Source of the DNA: Orbicella franksi
Lineage: Eukaryota
DNA length: 64,000 nucleotides
Direction: 5' to 3'
Assembly: GCA_964199315.1 (NCBI GenBank)
Contig: OZ116698.1
Coordinates: 18,352,001-18,416,000 of the forward strand
The notes beneath the pieces are model-generated. The model saw only the letters and a program-made list of their open reading frames with translations. It was not told where the DNA came from and did no database searches. Shown piece by piece: positions 40,798-52,855 of this stretch (positions within the stretch are counted from its first letter, which is position 1; the number at the start of each line of letters is the position of its first letter). The position numbers were made by a program, and so were the translations under genes.

Positions 40798-43384
40798 CAA
40801 AAAATAATTTTATTTGCCGTTACATTTCAATTTCCGCTAATTATGCTAATCACGTAGTGAGAGATTCTTCGAAACTCTTCCGTTTTACGGCAAGATTTTC
40901 TGTGCTTTACGCATGTCTATCGAGAAGAGGGCTAAAAGTCTGGGAGATTATTATAGGGCTTGGCCAGCTCATCAAATGGACATGATAAAGACGTAAACAA
41001 TAATAATGAGTAATCAATGAGTAATCAACATTTTTTGTCATTGTTTGGCGATGGTCAATGAGTAATCAATGATTAATTGATAATCAAAATTCTGTGGCCT
41101 ATCAATTAAATTCAGAGATTATCTTTTTATTACCCATCAATTAGACATCACAAAATTAATCATGTATTGTTAGGCTGCACATCCATATTTATGATTTTAC
41201 AGCAACAAGGAAAAGAAAGAGGAAAATCTTCAAACTCAACTTGGCAAATGAAATTCTCTGCCTTACAGAGCAGAATGCTTATTAACAAAGGCAATTTGTA
41301 AACTTCACGACAAAGTCCTCCTTCTGCAATCTGTCAATATTAAGCAAAATGTTGTCGTGTCTGCACTGCTAGTGCCTGCTGGAGTTTCAGCTTTTAGGAA
41401 GTAGGAAAGACTGAAAGTTCAGGAAAATGCCTTTCTTTCATAGTTCGATTGTTACTGTAATAAAAGGTAGGACTGGCAGCAGTCAAAATCACAATGCTTT
41501 GCCAGGACAAGAGCTTCAGAGGTTTTGTCCAATTGAAAGGTGCAATAACTGTAAAGGGAAAGAATTCAACCAAACCTCCCTCGTAGTAATGTTATTTATT
41601 TATTTTTGTTTTTTGTTGCATTAAATTGTATTTAACCAATTTAAGAAATAAAAAATTTTCAAAATTTAAAATGTCAGATAATTCATCATCATATTAACCT
41701 TGTCCATATCAATATATGTATAAATATATCCACAATTCATATCATTTTCTCTGTACAGTATATACAATATTAGTACCAAAATAGATTGCACGGCAAATAT
41801 TGACATGCATTTGAGCTTAACAGGAAGAGGTAGTTACTCCAAACATAGCTGATAGAGGGGAATGGTTATGAAACCCGACAAAGTTCTTTGTTGTATGTTT
41901 TTGTTCGGTTTTGACTGTGCAAAAAACACAATAAACTGTTGTTTACCACTGACCAAGGGACTAACTAATAGAAATGTTTCGGTTATGTAATTAATGCACA
42001 CTGTGCAAGCTAAAAACAAAAGATTGTGCATGGTCACGGACCATCCAACATAAATCTTTAAGTCTTTGTTTGCTCCTTTGAAGTTTGCCAGCCTTCATAA
42101 CCATTGCCCTCTATTAACTATGCTCCAAACAAACTAAATGCTAGTAAACACTCACATGTAAGCAGTTCTCTTTTCCACTTTATAAAATGTAGAGCAACAT
42201 AATATAAGAAAAATGCAACATGGTGCAGAAAATGCCACAGTGCACAAACAGCTGCAAGGACATTCAAGGCTTTCACTAAGGGCTGAGCACTGGGCAAATT
42301 GACCGGCTGTGAGAACCTTTTCGCCTGCCTCTTTGGCCATCTGGCAGATAGTTTTTGTTATAAAGAAATTCGGTTCAAATAGTTTTGCCTGCCTGTGAAA
42401 ACCAGTTGCCCTCCTACTGACAATGTTAATGAAACCCCTGGCGCATCCTTTCAAATTTTCCATTTCTTATTTCATGATTCACAAAGGAAACGATAAACTG
42501 CGCAGAATTTTAAACTTAGTTCTCCACCACTGCCCTTAGTTGGACACCTTCTGTAACCAGACACTTAGGTCTGACTTCTTCCATACAAACTCTTTCCATG
42601 GATGTGCAGACACTTTTCCTGGTCTTACAAGAGGTTCGACTAAGTTTATTATAATAGCACTTTGTCACTCACATACCATAAACAATGACCGTTTCACAAT
42701 GGTAGTTATTTAAAACCTGTCACACTCAATAAAGTGGAAATCTGATTTCTCAAACCCTATTTTTTTAACCTCCCGATAACTCAAAACCAAAAGTCGTTTC
42801 CCTCTGCTCAGCCAAACACTGTAATTTTAACCCCTGATTACTCAAACTATCTGATTTTTCAAACCAATTCTTGTTTCCCTTGGAGGTTCGAAAAATCTGG
42901 ACTCCACTGTAATTCTCTTTTGTTTCGTAAATCATGCGGAGATTTGAAATACTGATGTGAAAGAAACAAAGCTTACTAACCATTAATTTATTCTTTGAGC
43001 TTTGACAGATGAGTCCTAATAACTTAAAAACAAGTTACTTAACTTCAGCAGATTGTGCATAATAAAATCAATATTTATTAAAAATACCATTTAAAATGGT
43101 GGCTACTACCTCTTCCTCTGAAAGTATATAAATACTTTTCATATCCTTAAAGTGTGGTAAAATTAATATTTTGCCAAGGGCAAAATGTCATATTTTTATT
43201 GCTGCACAAAAGACTGGTCTATTGCCTCCTCATCATTTGGTGTGCAGAGGCATGTTTCACAAGTGCCTGTTTTACTTCTTGACCTACTACTTCTGTGACC
43301 AGCATCTTTCTTTTAGATTTTCTGCTTTTCCAGATGCTGAGTGGAAGAACATAATCTTGAGAAAGTACTTTCTTTTCCTGCATG

Positions 43385-46300
43385 TCATGTTGTTAACCCA
43401 AGTTTTCTTGAAAGCTGCAAAGAAAATGAAGCAATCAATCACGTTTTTTTTTTCATTTTTTCAAGAACAACATCAAATAATGGCACTTAAACATGACATA
43501 CACCATCCAAAAGCATCACTACATATGATACAAAAGAAATAAATTTTTGGTCATAGCAAACACTTTTGAAAGTGCCACTGATGAAAACGAGGCAAAGACC
43601 CACTAAACACTTTTCATTGTTTGTGAACACATTTTTATCCACTCAGTCAAATGAATCCTCTTGGGCTGAGTCCAAGAGAAAATACTTTGTTGTTCCTTTC
43701 AATTCTCATTTCTAAAAGCAAGCCACAAACATGATACAACTATCAAACTTGATAGTGTGGCCAACAAAAAGATTTAGTGTGTTACTCAAGTTCTAAAACT
43801 TCACAGCAATTACCGTAAAAGACTATTAGATGAACATACCTCCTCATAAACAGTCCAGGATAAAGCTGCCATAAGAGTTCTTCTCAGAGTGCGGGGAACT
43901 AAACCCTTGAAGAGTCCTTGTACTCCATTTGTCTAAGGAGAACATATTTTGTTTTATTTTCAGATTAAATAGTTGTAATAAAAGCGTCACTTAAAATTCT
44001 GCTCAAAGTTCAAGCAATAAGTGCAATTATTTATTAATTTACTCATAGTGGGGTCACATTTTGAAAACAATTTGAAACGTCCCACTCTAATCCATTTCTC
44101 TATGCAATCCCGCCATTAAAGTCTCAAGTGCTCTCCAGAAAGTTAAGGTGAAATCTCTTAAAAAGGTTTAAAGCTTGTGCTGTTTTGTTTTGAACTAATG
44201 TGAACGTCAATTTTTAATTTTAAAAATATGGATGACTTCAAATTCAATTTTCTCTTGCAGTGTCAGCTTTAGAGCTGAAGTCTGGAGAGGTTCTTCTTAA
44301 CCCTATTCAAAATGTTAGCATGCTATGAGGTTTTGATTTTTTCCTTCATTGTTTGAATCAGCATAATTTTTTTCTGGATTGCCCATTTATTGTTAATGAA
44401 AGGTGCAATGCTTTCTTGAGTGGTTTGATTGAAAAAATAACTTATGTTGGAGGTTACAAACGGCTTAATACTTGAGACAAGTACTTAATTACCTTGAAAA
44501 CAGAAAAGACAGCACTGCCAGTACTATTATACTTGTGTGGAAATAACTGAAGTCTTGTCTTCACCACATCTGCTGGCTGAGTTACAACTGATGCCATGAT
44601 GCCAGCAAAAGCACCACAGGTAAATGTCTCAAATGAGCTCAGTTCAGGTGTGCCAAGTTCTGATAGACGAGACACAATCATTAAACATCTGTTCAAAGTA
44701 AGACACAAAGCAAAGAGTGCCCATCGGGAACACATCAGCCAAAATAAGAAACAAGATACTGAAGCAGAGTCAATGTTTTAGCTGTCACAAGCTTAATCAG
44801 CGACAGCGATCAGCCACTGTTTAATACACTGTATTATTCCTGCCAACTTTTTCAGAGTCCCAGGTGAGAGACCCAACTACATCCAATTATTAACAACTAG
44901 GACATTCTGAGGATCTCCAAGGACATTTCAAACATTCACTAGCTCCTGTTTCAGGAAAACGTTTTTCCTTGAAAATGGGAGAATTGGGGGAACTCTATGG
45001 TCATGCACATCACACATGGACTTTTCTTTCCTTGCATAGGTTGCAGTTAACATATCTCTGAAAGTGTGTTAGTTAAGGTTGTAAATGGCTCAAGCACTTC
45101 AGCTCGGAATGAAGACATGATCTTCTACTACTGCTGGAAGCTTGAATGCAATGTAGTTAACACAGTTAAATGACTTCTCTCTTGATGTTGGCATAATTTA
45201 TTATTGTTATTTGTTATTGTCTACAGAAAATATCTTCTTACCATTCTTGGCCTGTCTCTTTATCTCAGTGTAGAACATCAAGTAAATCCCTGAAAATGGA
45301 GCATCCCGTGCAACTGTTGCCAGCAACCCACTATACAGGCCTACAACAAAAAGTACACTGTCAACATATAACATTTTTCTCAACAGATTTTTGTAACCAG
45401 ATGATATCTCACAGCACGTTAAAAACAATAAGCAATACAAAAAAACCTTAAAAATACCGCCTTACCTTTGCCTCCTTCACTTTTCCAAATTGACATCAAT
45501 GCATGTCGCATACTGTTATATCCATAAAATCCACTCTGCAATCAAGGAAATTAACACCAAATTGTTAGTTAGATATTTATTTATCTATTTATTTATTATC
45601 TTCTGATGAGAGCTACATCACTGACAACCTTTGTGAACTTCTTCAGCAATACATTTTACCACCCAAACTTTACTGAAGCATACCTCAAATCTTGTTTTAA
45701 CTACTGTGACTGGCAGCAGAGTGATTCCTGCTACAGTTCTTGCACATGCTCCTAATACAACTGATTCTCCCATTGTTCTTTCACCACTGTAGCAAAGAAG
45801 GAAACAAATAGTGGCTTTGAGAACAGGAGAACTAAAAACTAAATTTTTCATTTAACAAGCACGTTCTCATACTTTATTACAGTGCAAAGCACATGCAGAC
45901 AAAAAATTAGTGCATGACTAAAACAGCACAGCTGTTGCGCTGTCATTAAGTCTTGAGTCACCTATTGTTTTTGATCTTCAAAACTGTAACAAAATTGTGG
46001 CTTTATGGGTGAGTTATATCAACAACAAGCAGGTTCACCTGCAACATCAAGGAACTACCACACATACCCAACCACTACAGGTATTATGGGTTACAGGCCT
46101 TAATGAGAGCCCTACAGCTCTACCACAAAGTTCACAAGAAAATATTAACAAGAATTCAGATGGTCTTTCAAAGGAAATTGAAAGAAAAAATTGATCCTTA
46201 ATGTGACACTCAGTACACAACTTAACTTCTCTGAAAAAAAGTAAAGCTTTAGTACAAGACAAATAAAAAAGGTTTGACCATGCATTGTCAACCCTCCCCC

Positions 46301-48109
46301 CCCCCCCCCCGCTAGAAACTTACAGGAGTGCTCAAGAAAGCAGGGAGAAACAGTCACCTACTGCTAGTGTTTTTCCTTATACTTTTTGTTGTACTCTCTT
46401 CAAGCCTTTCTTACTTATAACCTAGACCCTTACACCAGTACAAGCATTGCCATAAGTATTGATACAGTAAAGTGGTGTAGAGAGGTAGACCTGCAGAACA
46501 GATTACACCCTCTCCCTCCCCATAAAAGTGGTTGACCTAGACCTTGATTAGTCGAGAAGTAATGGCCCATTTAAATGTCTAGGAAAATTAATATGGCTTA
46601 TGTCTTAAATACAAACCTGGTAAATTGAGTCAGACCATGGAGAGTACAGAAATACATTCCTATACCAGGAACACATCTTGACAAGGACTACAAAAAAGAA
46701 ATAGAAAATACATACCTAAGTATAAAGATCTGAAAACCAGGGAAATTATATTGTTTCCCCTCTCTGTAGTAGACATAAGAAACAATATACTGAAGCGGAG
46801 TCAATGTTTTAGCGACCACAAACTTTTGACGCTGTCGCAGCATCTTTCTCAAGTAAATGTGCAGAATCTACTGATCATGTGGGCTTGGGTGAATGTAGTT
46901 ACGTATCAAAACATCCTCGTATAGGGCCAGAAGTTCAAATCCATGGTCTCGATTGAGCATCAGGGACTGGCACAGCCACCTTACTCTCTTCCAACCTGTG
47001 GCCTGTGTCCCTAAGGTGTTTTCTAACAGCAGAAAGTGTCAATCTATTAGTGTTAGAATGTTCCTTTAAACAGACGTTAAAGGGTCCGGCAGTTTCCCCG
47101 ATATAGATCTTTTTACAATCGACACACTCTCATTTGTAGATGATGCCACACTTCTTTCCATCGGTTGTGGGATATTTAGGATGTACACGCTGTGATCTGA
47201 CGGTGTTGAAAGGTACATGGTAGGTGTTTATTCCCTACTTGCGGGAGGCGCAAGAGATTTTCTCCACTACTCCTTGTACATAGGGGAGATGGACACTAGG
47301 AGTGCATTACTGTTGACCTGTGCTCGGTACTCCCAGAATTTGCAAGACCTTAGAAATTCTCTGCCAGTCTATGATGCTCAATAGAGACCATGGATTTGAA
47401 GTTCCAGCCCTATACAGGGACGTTTTGCTCAGGTGACAAATAGATTCCTGTCACATTCACTTGAGAATATGAATTTGACAGCGTCAAAAGCTTGTGATCG
47501 CTAAAACATTGATTCTGCTTCAGTATCTTGTTTCTTATTATCTGAACCCCCATAAGGTTCCAGTGAAATAAAAAAAAATTGATAAAAAAAATAATAACTC
47601 ACAGGAACAAGGCCTCTCCAAAGCCCTACAATGTGCTCTCTTCGGGCCACAGAGTAAAATGTGTAAAGCATACCATTGCTACCTCTGTCGAATAAATATA
47701 TATTACGAGATAAGTAACTGAAGACTTCATCTACTTGTAAATTCAACAACATCAAACACTGCAGTTACCAGTACTTCAAGCAAGCTTACATCACATAGAC
47801 AAATGCTCACCCTAACTTGAACCTCCCTGCGGATGAAACTTGCAAGCGCGTTTTCACCAGATCGAACGGTTGAAATAACAACGTAGAGCAAGTGCCGCTC
47901 AAAGAACCGGCAATGAAAGCCTTAACCAGGGATGTCTGCAAGAGGAAAGACAAGACGAAACAATTAGATGGTCAAATCAACCTGCTTTAACACAAGTTCG
48001 CCACAAATAAGTCGATTGCGACGGCACATCTTTTATCGAAAAGTAACATTTCCTAACCAAATGAGGCTGATAGTTGACTTACATCATGTTTACGACTGTT
48101 TCGACCCAT
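43385..48109 (-). CDS. SLC25A38: mitochondrial glycine transporter (SLC25 carrier), 288 aa
   Basis: Exons 48109-48083 (first exon less certain), 47935-47811, 47684-47603, 46687-46617, 45786-45684, 45535-45466, 45340-45242, 44659-44493, 43932-43840, 43414-43385 (867 nt). Motifs [74 protein letters not shown]. Confidence 0.95.
46776..47537 (-). mobile_element. degenerate Penelope-like retroelement (GIY-YIG remnant) with inverted pseudo-LTRs
   Basis: Minus-strand translation [75 protein letters not shown]; arms 46776-46972 and 47362-47537 are diverged inverted copies. Confidence 0.85.
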
Positions 48110-48963
48110 TCAATCGAAGATCAAAATGTTTATCAAGTCTTCTTGGTTCTTGTCCTTGATTGATCTCTTTGAGAATAAGTCGACTCTTTGTTTACACCAA
48201 GAGGAAATTGGCTTGGCGCGAACGATCGTTGCGTGAAAGTTGCCGTACCGGCGGACTGTACATGCCGTATAGATGTTCGATTCACGTGCTTTTCTCCAAC
48301 ACCATTTGAAACCAAAAATTAAGGAGGAAAACGTTCAAACGATCAAACACAATGGGAATAGCTCCCTGTCTGTAAAAGAGACAAATTTTTAACGCGAAAT
48401 TTCCCACGAAATGTACACTTCTTCCTTTCTATTCTCCAGTCAAACGAGTCCAAAATCCTGTTTTTGTCACGAGACTTCCATGACGCGATGGAAAATTCGA
48501 GATCTCATTGGTCGATGCAAAACGTGTGGATTGGCGCGGAATTTGATTTTGCCTAATATGGAACGCACACGTTCCAAATATGGGTCACGCTTTCCCAAAT
48601 ACGGGAGAGTTGTGCCAAATAAGGGTCACGCTTTCCCAAATACGGAGGAAATTGTGTCAACAATTATTCGGAAAATAACTGAGGGGGCTAACTGAGGGCG
48701 GATCGGAGTGAGGGGTTCATTAACTTTGCATTCAAAAATTCCGTGTAAAATAGGTATAGATTACCGTAAGTAGTCTGTTTTCGATCTGTCATCGAATCGG
48801 TCTCTTTGGTTCTTTTTGATAAGGGTCATAAAGACCATAATATAAGCAGCCCAGAAACTCCTCTGTTTCAAAAATAAGGAGAACTCTCCGTTCATGGCAG
48901 ACACTGACAAACCGCGATGCCCAGCATACCGGACCTGTGTAGCTAATGAACATGAAAACTTTG

Positions 48964-49111
48964 CAAGTGAATATATATGAAATATTGTATATTTGAACCG
49001 GCGCAGAGGCCATGGGTTCGAATCCCGTTCAAACCTGAGCTTTTTTGAGGCTTTAATCACAACTGCTTTAAAAGTTGTGTATATAACTGCGATGATCAAT
49101 CATGTCTTCAT
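48964..49111. mobile_element. tRNA-related SINE-like insertion with 12-bp target duplication
   Basis: B box GGTTCGAATCCC; ATGAAAACTTTG at 48952-48963 and 49112-49123. Confidence 0.75.
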
Positions 49112-49273
49112 ATGAAAACTTTGATATCTTTATCAAAACGTGTGTCTCTTTTAAATAATTCACGTTCTTTTTTACTGATAGCCTACTCTGTCTGCTTTAG
49201 GGCAGGTTTTCTCTACAGGTTGGTGTTCTTTTTCCAAGGGAATACCTTCTGCAAAGTTCTAATTTTGCCCGTT

Positions 49274-49730
49274 CCCGGGAGGGGGGAGGCTCCTCCCAGA
49301 AAAATTGAGCGAGGGTGTGCGGCCCGTTTCCCAAAACCCTTACCCTATTTATGACCAAAGTCTGCGATAATCCCTACCCTATTTATTACCTGACCAAAAA
49401 TTGGAAACCCTATTTATGGCCTGACCCTTAAATCAAAACCCTGTTTCAGACATGCGTTATAATTAGTTCCCTGGTTCAGACCAATGTTAAATTACCGTGA
49501 ACATAATTTGTGAAGGGCTTTTGTTGATTTTCTTTTCGATAATGATGAAAAAGTGGCTTCTTCTTAAAAACATACCCATATCAAAGCTAGAGTGCAAAAT
49601 CTATACCCTATTTATGACCAAAATCAGCTAAAATCGATACCTTATTTATGACCAAAACGGCTGAAAAACCATAAACTTTGGGGCCGCACATACCTATATA
49701 GCCCATATAAGGGAGTATATGTACCCCCGG
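49274..49730. mobile_element. non-autonomous element with CCCGG termini and CCCTATTTATGACC repeats
   Basis: CCCGGGAGGGG...TACCCCCGG with at least five CCTATTTAT-type repeats. Confidence 0.7.
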
Positions 49731-52402
49731 TGCCCGTCTCATCTAAACTGAACGAATCCTCCGTAATGCACGCATGAACTGGGCTGAAATGGACGGTACT
49801 TGATTGGAATACTCATATTGTGAGACTCGTAACAAAATCAACTTTAAAACTTAAAGAAGCTTTCCTTACCATCGTCAAGAAGGATACCTGGTTGGTAGGC
49901 TATAATTAAAGCAAGGAGAAAGAAACGAATAAACAAATAAAACAGGCGCATTTTATCCTCTTACTCCTTCATGTTTGTATTTTTAGGTTATACGATATTT
50001 ATTGAAGTAGGTCCACATCAGCCCTTAGGCTGCCGAGAGTTCTTGAGTTAATAAATTCAATTGCGAATTGAATTGAGTGCTCTAGGAAGACATGGTTAAG
50101 ACTAACAAGTACACTACTTACCCGTTTGAATTATCACTAAAGTTAGGTAGATGTGAGGTGTAAACGAAGCTTCGCGAGGTATATTTCATTGCCGCTCAGT
50201 GTGTAGAATACAAATGTAAGCACTCCCTTTGTAGTGCACCCCCTACGAAGAACATGTACCGGTACTTACTCAGATCAAAGAGAGAATTACATTTAATATA
50301 TATTCGCAAACGACTTGCAGGAATTCAAGTTTGCCAGGGGCACTCGCAGTCCGCAAACGGATACCTACCAAACCCTACCCAACAGAGATACTAGCGCATT
50401 TCCCAGGACTGCCCGTAGGTAGGTGGATTATCTGACGACGACTTGATCCAAGAATTGGTACACCGTCTCCGCCTCTCGGCCATTAAAAAATGATGTTTTC
50501 GTCAACCGCAAAAAAAATTAAGGCAATGTTTTCATCATTGATTATTGTTTTATGGTTGTGATTATTGTCCAAAACTCTGGTAATGCTTGTCTAGGAAGTA
50601 GACAGACAAGATAAAACAAGACAAACGCTCCATCCAAACAATAAGTAAACTGTCCATCCATTCTGTTATATTTTTTGTTTGAAAATACTTCAAAAGTACA
50701 AAATGCGGCTTATTGTCGATTGACGCTACACTGCTCCTGCAGACCATTGACGGGCGAATAAGTCCCTCCTAGCTCTTCAGGAGGCTGAAATTTAGATCAT
50801 ACCGGATCATGGCATAACTTCGAATAACTCCAAGTCCTCCAACGGTACAATTCTTGAGAAACGTCGTGTTTTTCACTTTTCACAGATTGGAAAACTGACA
50901 AATTGGGGAAAGAACAGCGATAACCCAGAATGTCATTTTCAGAATCAAAATAGTCCGAAGTGCAAGAAACTCTGCCGCAAATTACGTTAAATCCAATTCA
51001 TAATAACAAATAAATTTTCTGTCAACTGCTTGCTATAGGTCCCGCGATTCACGCGTGGAGTACTCGTCATTTGTGTAAGTGATTTGAACTCTAGCATAGT
51101 TAGTATTGACTCTAGCAAGTGAGTACATGTTGTAACAAATAACGAGTTTTTCATCATGAATTTAATAGCCTATCTGAAGATGGCGGCTAATAGTTATTAT
51201 TATCACTTTGTCGGGCATTGTGGCACACTTTGCGGACTAAAATGGAGAATTTGGCGGGCTAAAATGTATTTTAGCCCGCCAAATTCTCGCGTGATTGTTC
51301 AGACTGTTTTGTTATCATTTTTTTGAGTTTTTATTTTCTCAATGCCTTCCAAAGTGATAATAGTAATAGAGTTTATATGTTTTTGGGCACAAACATGTTT
51401 TGGGCCCTTCTCAGAGCTCATTCTAACCCTCGCATAGCGGCTCGGGCCCGAAACATGTTTATGCCTGTGAACATAAACTGTCTTGTTTTGGTCATTGATT
51501 TTTAGCATTGGTTCAAAACCAAATCAATACATGGTCAGTAGGCGTGCGTGCTTCAGAATGCACATGCAACTTATCCTGCTGACTTATCCTGTCTGGGTTC
51601 AACTCCTATAGGGGAGGGGAAGGCAGAGCACAGAGATTGGACTAATGTGCAACTAGGTCGTAAACTACTCAGTTAAATGTAATTTGAACTGTAAATTCAC
51701 TTTTATTGTATATCACACGTCCTACGTAGTTCGTTGAAATTCCCGACTTGTATTTCGGTCTCATGATAGTTAAAATTCTTTCAAACTTAATGTCAACTGT
51801 TATTTCTTTTGCGAAGCCAACAATTAATGAAATTAAGAGAGAGCCTCGTTTTCAGGGTCTCTCAGAACAAAAGTTTAGTGGGCAAATTGAAAAGTTGGTG
51901 ATTACCGAGCCAACTATTAGCCGTAAGTATATATGTACTAGCGTTCTATCACGAATGCCGTTCTCTGATTAGCTACGCTACTCACTGTCTATTGTTTTGT
52001 AGATAGCGAGCAGCGTAGCAGTGTGCAGTTGTTAAAAAAATGGCGGCCACTTCATTGTGTTTTCGCATTGTCTGTGATGAAGATTTTGAACAACTAATAG
52101 ATTTCAACCAAAACAACTAGATGATTCCTTCTCGATTTCTATCGCGTCAGATAGTTGACTTGGACTGCATCCTCGTCAACTATCTTGCGATAGAAGCTCA
52201 TGATCTAATTTTAAAAATGGTCACCAGAAGTAAACAATCTAATATTGTTTTAGCATTACCCTGTAGCCGATCTATCAAACATAGAATATTTTCAAATCTC
52301 TGTTTAATCTACATTTTGTTACGATGAAATAAAGAAAAAAATAACTTGACAGTAGATAAAACTGATTTATTATTAGTTTTGTTTATTTGCTTGCAACATC
52401 GT

Positions 52403-52699
52403 CCCAGGAGGGAGGCTCCCATAAAAAGGAGGTGGACAGGGGGGGGGGGGGGGTTAAAAGAGCAGGTTTGGTACCTCTTAGAGTGTTCAGTCTCAAAAAG
52501 TCCACATTGGGAGCTTTCGTGGCACCTTTTAGGGTATTAAGCTGAAAAAATATGACACAAGATAATGTGTTGTTTTAGAATTGGTATCTCTTAGGGGTGG
52601 AAAAATTTCAAGCCATGCCCACGGAAGAGAATCCTCTTAGGCGTTCTTTTCAAAATTTCCGATGAGCATCCCTGTCATTTTTTATGGGAGTCCCTCTGG
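52403..52699. mobile_element. about 300-bp dispersed element, copy 1
   Basis: Diverged reverse complement of 54376-54690 (shared GGTACCTCTTAG and TTTTAGAATTGGTA segments). Confidence 0.65.
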
Positions 52700-52855
52700 A
52701 ACATACTGTCCTCCTGATCAAAATATTTGAGACATGGTGGCAGATGTTAAGGGTGTCAGCGAGAAAATCTGAACAAATGTTCTGAGTGTCTTCTTAACAA
52801 ATCAGATGGACAAAATTCAGCTACTGGGTATGCTAAAGTAATTACAACTGATCAT

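Noticed and set aside
49015-49026. tRNA gene suggested by GGTTCGAATCCC
   Set aside because: No cloverleaf or A box; lies in a TSD-flanked SINE-like insert
49879-49887. U12-type donor-like GTATCCTTC
   Set aside because: No U12 branch site (TTCCTTAAC) found downstream on that strand
51423-51430. CTAACCCT as a telomerase RNA template
   Set aside because: Sits in a 36-nt MITE-like loop with no room for a pseudoknot domain
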